NCBI GenBank assembly: GCA_031414955.1
Contig: JANOQV010000132.1
Coordinates: 1 to 56,948, forward strand
DNA from: Pedosphaera sp.
GTDB lineage: Bacteria; Verrucomicrobiota; Verrucomicrobiia; Limisphaerales; SIBH01
Reading direction: 5' to 3'
DNA length: 56,948 nt
This document shows positions 49,814 through 56,948 of this stretch, piece by piece (within the stretch, counting starts at the first letter, position 1; every line of letters begins with the position of its first letter). Made by a program: the position numbers and the translations under genes. Below the pieces are notes generated by a model. It was not told where the DNA came from. It ran no database searches and saw only the letters and a list, made by a program, of their open reading frames with translations.

Positions 49814-50751
49814 ACCGGCGCATCATCCTGGCGGGCGGCAGCGGTTTTCTAGGGCAACTGCTCGGCGAATTTCTCCAGCCGCGCGGCTGGGAACCGGTCG
49901 TGTTGACCCGTTCGCCTGCGGCCCGGGCCAAGTTCAAGGAACTGGCCTGGGACGCGCGCACGCTGGGCGACTGGGCACACGCGCTTGACGGAGCGGAGGC
50001 GGTCATCAACCTGGCCGGACGCTCGGTGAACTGCCGCGGCACGCCGGCCAACCGACTCGCCATCATGAATTCTCGCGTCGAATCCACGCGCGTGCTGGGC
50101 GAAGCGATTGCCCGTTGCTCGCAGCCACCCAAAACCTGGCTGAACTCCAGCACGGCGACGATTTACAAACACTCGTTCGATCGACCGAACGACGAATCCT
50201 CGACGGACTTCAGTCCCACGCCGGAGGCCAGGGATGCCTTTTCCGTGGAAGTGGCGCGGGCCTGGGAACAGGCGCTGGACGGCGCGCAGGCCCGCCAGAC
50301 GCGCAAAGTCGCCCTGCGCATCACGCTCGTGTTCGGCACCGTTCCGGGCGGCGTGTTTCAAATTCTCCGACGGCTGACGCGGTTCCAACTCGGCGGCAGA
50401 ATGGGCAGTGGCCGGCAATATGTGTCCTGGATTCACGAGGAGGATTTCTGCCGCGCGGTCGAGTGGATACTCGAACATCCCGAAATGAGCGGCCCGGTAA
50501 ACCTGGCTGCGCCGCATCCAGTGACCAACCGGGAGATGATGGAGACGTTCCGACGCGTCTGCGGTGTTTCCATCGGCCTGCCCGCGGCTGAATGGATGCT
50601 TGAGGTCGGCGCGTTCTTCCTGCGCACCGAAACCGAGTTGATGCTCAAGAGCCGCAACGTGATTCCCGGCAAGCTGCTCGCGAGCGGCTTCAGTTTTTGC
50701 TACCCGCGCATGGAGGAAGCGCTGCGCGATCTGGCCGGGCGCTCGCACTGA
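49810..50751 (+). CDS. TIGR01777/YfcH-like NAD-dependent epimerase family protein
   Basis: IILAGGSGFLG, VINLAGRSV, SRVEST, WEQ, LGG.MGSG.Q.VSWIH, GPVN..AP.PVTN and V.P.KL...GF.F.YP. ATGA-coupled. Confidence 0.92.
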   Translation: MNRRIILAGGSGFLGQLLGEFLQPRGWEPVVLTRSPAARAKFKELAWDARTLGDWAHALDGAEAVINLAGRSVNCRGTPANRLAIMNSRVESTRVLGEAIARCSQPPKTWLNSSTATIYKHSFDRPNDESSTDFSPTPEARDAFSVEVARAWEQALDGAQARQTRKVALRITLVFGTVPGGVFQILRRLTRFQLGGRMGSGRQYVSWIHEEDFCRAVEWILEHPEMSGPVNLAAPHPVTNREMMETFRRVCGVSIGLPAAEWMLEVGAFFLRTETELMLKSRNVIPGKLLASGFSFCYPRMEEALRDLAGRSH

Positions 50752-50781
50752 GCAGTGTGGGCCGCCACGCGGCGCATGGCT

Positions 50782-51306
50782 TCACTTGCGCGGGATGGAA
50801 ATGGTGACGGCGTATTTTCCCGCGCCCATTTGCGAGTCGGCTAGGAACAGATCGAATCCCTCGTGCGTGGCTTCGAGGCTGATGACGTCACGGCCACTGC
50901 GCTCGGTGATGACCGCGCGCTTCAAGTCCAATCCCACCGCCAGCTCCGCCCAGCCGGGCGGCGGCTGCGTCAAATCCTCCCACGGCTGGTCATTGAACAG
51001 GACGTTCTTCGGCGGTTGCCACTGACCGTGCTCGTGTTGAACGCCCTGCGCCGTGAACATGAAACGTTCGCTCCCATCCACGGTGGCCGAAACCGTGATG
51101 GCCACTGTGCCGTGCACTGACTGGACTCCCGGACGAACCGGAGATTCTTGGTGCGGCCTGAAGAAGCCCACCAGCCAGGCGATCTCCAGTCCGACCACCA
51201 GGCCGGCCAGGAACAAGCCCGACCACAGGAAAAGTTTTTTCCCCACGCGCCAAGGAAGACCCACCGGGGCCGGTTTGTCGAGCCGGAGCCTCTGTGCTTG
51301 AATCAT
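50782..51306 (-). CDS. Hypothetical membrane-anchored protein
   Basis: N-terminal TM helix (LFLWSGLFLAGLVVGLEIAWLVGFF) followed by a beta-rich domain (VDGSE.F.F...H....W..P..V..N...W). Start taken at ATG 51306. Confidence 0.65.
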   Translation of the reverse strand: MIQAQRLRLDKPAPVGLPWRVGKKLFLWSGLFLAGLVVGLEIAWLVGFFRPHQESPVRPGVQSVHGTVAITVSATVDGSERFMFTAQGVQHEHGQWQPPKNVLFNDQPWEDLTQPPPGWAELAVGLDLKRAVITERSGRDVISLEATHEGFDLFLADSQMGAGKYAVTISIPRK

Positions 51307-51333
51307 TGGCCACCCTCGGCTTTGCTGGCGCCC

Positions 51334-52473
51334 ATGAAATTCCACTCGCTCCTTCGTCGGATCGTCGCCCTCGCCTGGCTTGCCGCCACTGTGGCGCAGG
51401 CAGATCATCTCGTTTACTTCGGCACCTACACCGGCGCGAAGAGCAAGGGCATCTACGCCTTCCGCATGAGCGATGAGGGCAAGTTGACCTCGCTCGGCCT
51501 GGCGGCCGAAACGCCGAACCCTACTTATCTGGCGCTACATCCGAACAAAAAGTTCCTCTACTCGGTCAATGAGGTCTCGAAGTTCGGCGAGCGGAAGGCC
51601 GGGTTCGTGAGCGCGTTCTCAATTGATGCCAAGACCGGAATGCTGACCGCATTGAATCAACAAACCGCTGGCGGCACTGGTCCCTGCCACATCGCGCTCG
51701 ATGAGAAGGGCCGTTGCGCCGTGGTGGCGAACTACGGCGGCGGCAGCGTGGAATCTTTGCCACTGAAAGCGGACGGCTCGCTCGGTGAACCGGGCACGTT
51801 CATTCAGCACGTCGGTTCCAGCGCGGACAAGGGGCGGCAGGAGGGGCCGCATGGACATTGCATCCTCGTCGATCCCTCGCAGCGCTTCGCCCTGGCCTGC
51901 GATCTCGGCCTCGACCAGGTGCTCATTTACAAGCTCGACGCGGCCAAGGGCACGCTCACGCCGAACAATCCTCCGTTTGCCACCCTGGCCCCCGGCTCGG
52001 GACCGCGTCACCTCGCGTTCCATCCCAACGGCAAGTTCGCCTACGTGATCAACGAAATGCTCTGCACCATGACGGCGTTCGCGTGGAACAGCAGGACGGG
52101 CGTGCTCAAGGAATTGCAAACCATCTCCACGCTGCCCGGCGAACGCCAGCGCGGCGACAGCACGGCGGAGGTTTATGTGCATCCCTCCGGCCAATTCGTT
52201 TACGGATCGAATCGCGGGCACAACAGCATCGTGGGCTACGCCTGTGACGCGAAGACTGGGCGGCTCACATTGATCGAGCACACCGAAACGCAAGGCAAGA
52301 CGCCGCGGCATTTCGCCATCGACCCGCCGGGGAAGTTTCTCCTCGCGGAGAATCAGGACAGCGGCACGGTGGTGGTTTTCAAAATCGATCCGAAGACCGG
52401 CAAACTCACCCCGACGGGCGAGAAGGTGGAAGTGCCTGCACCGGTCGCGGCCGTGTTCGTCCCGGTGAAGTGA
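51334..52473 (+). CDS. Secreted 7-bladed lactonase (6-phosphogluconolactonase/cycloisomerase 2 family)
   Basis: Signal peptide; VYFGTYT..SKGIY, NPTYL, GPCH, ANYGGGS, RQEGPHGH, DLGLD, GSGPRHL.FHP, SNRGHNSI and PRHF.ID. Confidence 0.92.
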   Translation: MKFHSLLRRIVALAWLAATVAQADHLVYFGTYTGAKSKGIYAFRMSDEGKLTSLGLAAETPNPTYLALHPNKKFLYSVNEVSKFGERKAGFVSAFSIDAKTGMLTALNQQTAGGTGPCHIALDEKGRCAVVANYGGGSVESLPLKADGSLGEPGTFIQHVGSSADKGRQEGPHGHCILVDPSQRFALACDLGLDQVLIYKLDAAKGTLTPNNPPFATLAPGSGPRHLAFHPNGKFAYVINEMLCTMTAFAWNSRTGVLKELQTISTLPGERQRGDSTAEVYVHPSGQFVYGSNRGHNSIVGYACDAKTGRLTLIEHTETQGKTPRHFAIDPPGKFLLAENQDSGTVVVFKIDPKTGKLTPTGEKVEVPAPVAAVFVPVK

Positions 52474-52511
52474 GCGGAGCGCGGATCGCTGAGTCCGCGT
52501 GTTTTCCTGCT

Positions 52512-53138
52512 TCAGCCCCTTGAGACCTCGGCCGGAGCCGCGAGTCTCGCCATCGATCCATCATGCAGTTTGGGCAGCAAGAGCATCGCTGCGCCTGAGC
52601 CGATCAGGGCGAGGAACATGTCCCATTGCGTGTCCCATACGTCGCCTTGGGTGCCGAGGAATGCGCTCGCCCCTTCGCCCGTGAGCACGGCGGTCCACCA
52701 CTCGATTAGTTCGTAGAATGCGCTGAAGGCGAGACAGCAGGCGATGGACAACATCGCAACCGCGACACCGCGCAAGGCCAGTTTCCGCATGAGAAACTCC
52801 CGGACCAAAACGGCGGGAATGAAACCCTGCGCGACGTGGCCCAGCCGGTCGTAGTGATTGCGGGAGAGATGCAAGGCGTCGCGCACCCAGTCGCCGAGCG
52901 GAACCATGGCGTAGGTGTAATGACCGCCCACGGCAAGAATCAGCGAATGCACCGTGAGGAGAACGAGGCCCAGGTTCGAGAGCGGAAACTTCTTCCACGT
53001 CAGCGCGATGGCGATGCCGCCGATCCACACCGGCGCATTCTCCATCATCCAGGTGAAACGATCGGCCGAGGGCGACCAACCGAGCGCGATCTGCTCCCCC
53101 ACGACGAACAACGCGACGCACTTCAGAGTCGTGTTCAC
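52512..53138 (-). CDS. DUF2238 (YjdF-like) membrane protein
   Basis: TW.MEN, GGHYTYA.VP.G, RNHYDRLGH..QG, SAFYELIEWW and FLGTQGD.WDTQWDM. Confidence 0.92.
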   Translation of the reverse strand: MNTTLKCVALFVVGEQIALGWSPSADRFTWMMENAPVWIGGIAIALTWKKFPLSNLGLVLLTVHSLILAVGGHYTYAMVPLGDWVRDALHLSRNHYDRLGHVAQGFIPAVLVREFLMRKLALRGVAVAMLSIACCLAFSAFYELIEWWTAVLTGEGASAFLGTQGDVWDTQWDMFLALIGSGAAMLLLPKLHDGSMARLAAPAEVSRG

Positions 53139-54427
53139 GCGAGTTGCTGGACAACGCCACGGATGATGGCCACGCCTTCCTCCGCTTGCGCGCGAGAGAG
53201 GTTCAGTGGCGGCAGCAGCCGCAACTTCTGGGTGCCGGAGGGAATGGTCAGCACGCCCGCTTCGTGCAGGCGACCCACGAACTGACTGGAGGCTGGCTTG
53301 TCACTCGCCGCGAAGGCCGGGATTTTTTCTTTCTCCGCCAATTCAATCCCGAGCATGAAGCCGAGGCCGCGCACGGCCGCGATGATGTGCGGGAATTCAT
53401 CGACCAGCCGCTGCAACTCGCCCTTCAGGAAATCACCGGTGTGGCGCGCGTTGTCCGCCAGCCGGTCACGCTCCACGACTTCAAATACTTTCAACGCCAC
53501 CGCGCAGGCCAGCGGCGTGCCGCCAAACGTCGTCCCGTGGGTCCCGGCGCCGAGCACGTCCGCATGCTGCTCTCTTACCCAGAAAGCTCCGATGGGAAAA
53601 CCGCCGCCGAGCGCCTTGGCCATCGAGACGGCGTCCGGCAGGAAGGCCGTTCCGCGCGCGCCGGCGCTCTCCAGTGTGCGTTGAAAGCTCTGGAATCGGC
53701 CGGTGCGGAAGTAGCCGCACTGCACCGCGTCGATCATGAGCAGCAGTTTGTGTTGGTCACACAGTTCGCGCAGCCCGAGCAGGAACTCCGGCGACGCGGG
53801 CGTGATGCCGCCTTCGCCCTGGATGCCTTCGATCAACACTGCGACCGTCGCGGGCGAGATGGCGTCGCGCACCGCGTCCAGATCGTTGTAGGGCACATGG
53901 CGAAAGCCGGGCGTCGCCGGGTCGAAGCCTTTCTTGATCTTTTCCTGGCCCGTGGCCGCGATGCTCGCGAGCGTGCGCCCGTGAAAGGAGTTGGTCGCGG
54001 TGAGAATTTCGAAGCGTCCCTCGTCGTGGCCGAACTTGCGCGCCAGTTTGTAGAGGCCCTCATTGGCCTCCGCGCCGCTGTTGCAGAAGAAGACCTTGCC
54101 GGGCGCGAGATGCTTCACGATCTGCTGCGCCAGCCGACCCTGCGGCTCGTGGTAATAAAGGTTCGAGATATGCACGAGTTGCTTCGACTGCTCAATGAGC
54201 GCGGCGGTGATTTCCGGATGAGCATGCCCGAGCGTGTTGACCGCAATGCCGCCGCCGAGATCGAGGTAACGCCGTCCGCGCACATCCCAGACATAGCTGC
54301 CTTCACCACGCGTGAAAGCGAGGTCGTAGCGCGCGTAAGTAGGCACGACGTAGCGCGTGAAGAGTTCCTTCACGGTCTCGAACTGGTTATGCACGATCGG
54401 CGGTGGTGCCGGGACGAGTTCTTTCAT
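53135..54427 (-). CDS. argD: Acetylornithine aminotransferase (class III PLP enzyme)
   Basis: TYAR, GEGSYVWD..G.RYLD..GGIAVN.LGH.HP, H.SNLY, FCNSGAEANE, SFHGRT, IQGEGG, D.VQCG..RTG, AKALGGGFPIGA, HGTTFGG.PLA, VRGLG and LRLLPPL. Confidence 0.9.
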   Translation of the reverse strand: MKELVPAPPPIVHNQFETVKELFTRYVVPTYARYDLAFTRGEGSYVWDVRGRRYLDLGGGIAVNTLGHAHPEITAALIEQSKQLVHISNLYYHEPQGRLAQQIVKHLAPGKVFFCNSGAEANEGLYKLARKFGHDEGRFEILTATNSFHGRTLASIAATGQEKIKKGFDPATPGFRHVPYNDLDAVRDAISPATVAVLIEGIQGEGGITPASPEFLLGLRELCDQHKLLLMIDAVQCGYFRTGRFQSFQRTLESAGARGTAFLPDAVSMAKALGGGFPIGAFWVREQHADVLGAGTHGTTFGGTPLACAVALKVFEVVERDRLADNARHTGDFLKGELQRLVDEFPHIIAAVRGLGFMLGIELAEKEKIPAFAASDKPASSQFVGRLHEAGVLTIPSGTQKLRLLPPLNLSRAQAEEGVAIIRGVVQQLA

Positions 54428-54584
54428 CGCGGATGTGAATAAAGCGAACGGCGCAGAAAACAAGAAACATTGCGAGCCGGGGCGCTCCGGAAAAGTTTTT
54501 CTAAAAATCTCCTTGGCAACTTTTTCGAGCGGACGTACGAACGTGCCGCTCTTTGAAAGAGTCCCGCGCGTGCGGGATTCAGTC

Positions 54585-54748
54585 GCAGTCCAACGTCAGG
54601 GAACCCGGTGAGAATCCGGGACGGTTGCGCCACTGTCAGGAGATACGAATTCCAACCGCGAGTCCGCTCGCGGTGAAAAGCCACTGGTTTGAAAGAATCG
54701 GGAAGGCCGGAGTGAGGTCAGGCTCCAAGTCAGGATACCGGTTGGGTT
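54585..54748 (+). ncRNA. Cobalamin (B12) riboswitch
   Basis: AGGGAA-CCCGGTGAGAATCCGGG-ACGGTTGCGCCACTGT ... AAGCCACTGG ... CGGGAAGGC ... AAGTCAGGATACC in the canonical order, with CCAAC/GTTGG closing the stem. Located in a long leader. Confidence 0.92.
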
Positions 54749-54997
54749 GTGCTCGTCGTGATTCGTTCGCTTTGCGGGCGAATCAACTTCTCCGTCAAAG
54801 AGAAGGATGAGGCCAGACCCGGATGCCTGTCGCATTCGGGATTCGTGATGATGCCTTCATTTCGTTTTGACGCGGGATGAAGGCTTTTGTTTTTCGCCCA
54901 CCGTGGCTGGAACAGCCGCCTTCTCCTTCGCCCTGGTCTCGCAGTGAACCGTGCCCGTGAACTCGTTTCGCGGGGACAAAAACTACAGATCAGTCAC

Positions 54998-55765
54998 ATG
55001 AAGAAAATCAGTTTAGTTCTGCTGGCCCTGGCCGGCTTCGTCCTCCACTCCCACGCCGCGACCAATTTCGCGGCGCGCGTCATCAGCTACAACCCAGGCC
55101 TGAACTTCGCCCAGGGCTACACCAACACCTCCGCCGTGCTCGGTGAGCCGTCGCGCGTGAACCCTTACACCGAGGCGGTCGATCCGTTCAATCCGCCTTA
55201 CGGCACCGACCAGATTCTCTCCATCGGCGAGGGCGGCTCGCTCGTGGTCAAAATGGACCGCCCCATCTACAACACGCCGCGCAAGCCCTTCGGCCTCGAC
55301 TTCATCATCTTCGGCAATGCCGGCTTCATCATCACCAATGAGTTCGATCTGAACACGTATGATTGGCTCGGCACGCCAGCCACGGACGGCTCGATGTTTG
55401 GAGCCAATGAAGGCACGACACTCGTCTCGGTCAGCGCGGATGGCCTCCATTTCGTGCCGTTGTCTTCGCCACTCCTGCCGACGGTGGACACGCTGTTCCC
55501 GACGGATGCGGCCGGAAGATTCGATGTGCCGGTGAATCCTGAGTTGACGGCGGCGATCTTTGCCGGAGCCACCCTGAAGCAGATGCGCTCGCTCTACGCC
55601 GGTTCGGCGGGCGGCGCGGGCTTCAACATCGGCTGGGCGCAATGGCAGTCCCGGCGGGTTTGGCTGCCCTACATCCGCTACATCCGCGTCGAAGTGTTGT
55701 CGGGCAAGGCGGAAATCGACGGGATTTCAGGCGTGGCCCGGACGGCGGCGAAGCCAAGGTATTGA
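54998..55765 (+). CDS. Secreted protein downstream of the B12 riboswitch (candidate corrinoid-binding cell-surface protein)
   Basis: Signal peptide MKKISLVLLALAGFVLHSHA; VISYNPG, SIGEGGSLVV.MD..I.N...G.DFIIFGN, VSVS.DG..F and GGAGFNI......LPYIRYIRVE. Confidence 0.8.
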   Translation: MKKISLVLLALAGFVLHSHAATNFAARVISYNPGLNFAQGYTNTSAVLGEPSRVNPYTEAVDPFNPPYGTDQILSIGEGGSLVVKMDRPIYNTPRKPFGLDFIIFGNAGFIITNEFDLNTYDWLGTPATDGSMFGANEGTTLVSVSADGLHFVPLSSPLLPTVDTLFPTDAAGRFDVPVNPELTAAIFAGATLKQMRSLYAGSAGGAGFNIGWAQWQSRRVWLPYIRYIRVEVLSGKAEIDGISGVARTAAKPRY

Positions 55766-55778
55766 ACACCGCCGGCCC

Positions 55779-56789
55779 ATGCGAACGGCATCGGGAATCA
55801 TCCACTTCGTCTTTCTGGTCGCCGCGTGCCTGCTGCGCGCGGCGACCATCGGCGAAGGCTTTGCCACGGACCCGCTGGCCCGCGGCTGGCGGACCTTCGG
55901 CGAGGCCACGCTGTTCCATTGGAACCCGACCAATCAGAATCTCGAAGTCACCTGGGATTCGTCGCGCACCAACAGTTACTTTCAACTGCCGCTCGGGACC
56001 ATTCTGTCGAAGAGCGATGACTTCTCACTGGCGTTTGATTTGCGCCTGAGGGACATCGCCGTGGGCGTGAACCCGGGCAAGCCGGATACGTTTGAGATCG
56101 CGATCGGCTTCCTCAACTCGGTGAACTCCACTAAAACGAACTACTTTCGCGGCATGGGGGTGAGCGCGGCTTATGGGGTGAAGAACACCATCGAGTTCGA
56201 TTACTTCCCGGCCACGGCGGTGATCAGCGCGACGTTTGCGCCGACGGTTATTTCGAGCAACAACGTCATCAAGTTCAGCGACAATCACCCACTCGTGATG
56301 ACGACGAACGATCTGTTCCACATCGCGATGGCTTACACCGCGAGCAATCAGGTTTTGAAGACGACGGTGACACGCAACGGCGCGCCGTACGGGTTGTCGC
56401 CGAGCAACACGATCCGGGATTTGTCGCTCGCCACGCACCCGGACTTCCGCGTGGACCGGCTGGCGGTGATGAACTACAGCGACGCCTTGCAGATTGGACC
56501 CACGCAGTTCTGGGGCTCGGTGCGGGCGCACGGCACGGTGGACAACTTCGCGGTCACGGTGCCCGATCCGCCGGTGGGGAATTTCACGAGCGCGAGATCA
56601 AACGCGATCTGGCGCGGCACATTCGTAAGCCGGACGAACTGGTTCTACTCTTGGGAGCGGACGCTGAACCTCGTCACCTGGACAACCGCCTCGCCCACGA
56701 ACGCCGGCACCGGCGGCGCAATGCAGTTGCTCGACACGAACGCGCTGACGGGCGGTGCGTTTTATCGCGTGAAAGCGCTCAAACCATGA
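55779..56789 (+). CDS. Secreted lectin-fold-like hypothetical protein with C-terminal FYRV module
   Basis: Signal peptide and beta-rich body; ends W.....TNAGTGG..QLLDTN.....AFYRVKALKP. Starts 13 nt after the previous gene. Confidence 0.8.
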   Translation: MRTASGIIHFVFLVAACLLRAATIGEGFATDPLARGWRTFGEATLFHWNPTNQNLEVTWDSSRTNSYFQLPLGTILSKSDDFSLAFDLRLRDIAVGVNPGKPDTFEIAIGFLNSVNSTKTNYFRGMGVSAAYGVKNTIEFDYFPATAVISATFAPTVISSNNVIKFSDNHPLVMTTNDLFHIAMAYTASNQVLKTTVTRNGAPYGLSPSNTIRDLSLATHPDFRVDRLAVMNYSDALQIGPTQFWGSVRAHGTVDNFAVTVPDPPVGNFTSARSNAIWRGTFVSRTNWFYSWERTLNLVTWTTASPTNAGTGGAMQLLDTNALTGGAFYRVKALKP

Positions 56790-56837
56790 GGAAGCAGGTG
56801 AACATGCCGGCTGGGTGCGCGGCGGTCGTGGGAAAAA

Positions 56838-56932
56838 GCGGCGCTGAAGCGACCGCACACCAAACGCATCGCGCGGCACGAGGGGGGTGGGTCTGCGCGC
56901 CAGCGTTTGGTGTGTGGACCCTTCAGCGCCGC
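56838..56932. repeat. REP-like long inverted repeat
   Basis: GCGGCGCTGAAGCGACCGCACACCAAACGC ... GCGTTTGGTGTGTGGACCCTTCAGCGCCGC. Confidence 0.7.
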
Positions 56933-56948
56933 GTTCGGCTCGCGGCGC

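Noticed and set aside
54790..54860. Second, tandem cobalamin riboswitch
   Set aside because: Only a GAAGG...GCCAGACC fragment is present, without the AGGGAA and GCCACTG cores. It is more likely part of the expression platform.

Overview
GC-rich bacterial chromosomal window, most likely from Verrucomicrobiota (Pedosphaera/Limisphaera-like; inferred from Gloeo_Verruco-type repeats, a DUF1549/1553-DUF1501 pair, an ECF sigma/Ser-Thr kinase pair and many secreted proteins ending in a W...FYR-type module). Housekeeping genes: FdhF/YdeP oxidoreductase with fdhD, a ROK kinase, ppk1, a stand-alone receiver protein, SixA-like phosphatase, coaX, a GbsR-headed membrane/epimerase operon, a lactonase, DUF2238 and argD. 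There are also two giant (~2700 aa) surface proteins and a cobalamin riboswitch upstream of two uncharacterised secreted proteins. The most notable block is 29.5-45.1 kb. An ECF sigma factor and a membrane Ser/Thr kinase (WD40 plus lectin-like sensor) precede three signal-peptide-bearing, phage-tail-fibre-like proteins. These share an N-terminal FTY(Q/E)GR domain but have different shafts and tips, and they are bracketed by two small paralogous Gly-rich secreted proteins. An identically spaced bipartite motif (CTGTAACCT-N13-CTTTGGGAAG) lies upstream of both the kinase and the fibre cluster and is a candidate cognate ECF promoter. Several REP-like palindrome families are present, some inserted in frame in genes, and a probable IS end interrupts the first gene at the left edge. 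No rRNA, tRNA, CRISPR array or prophage core genes were recognised. All family assignments come from motif recognition by eye, not database searches.
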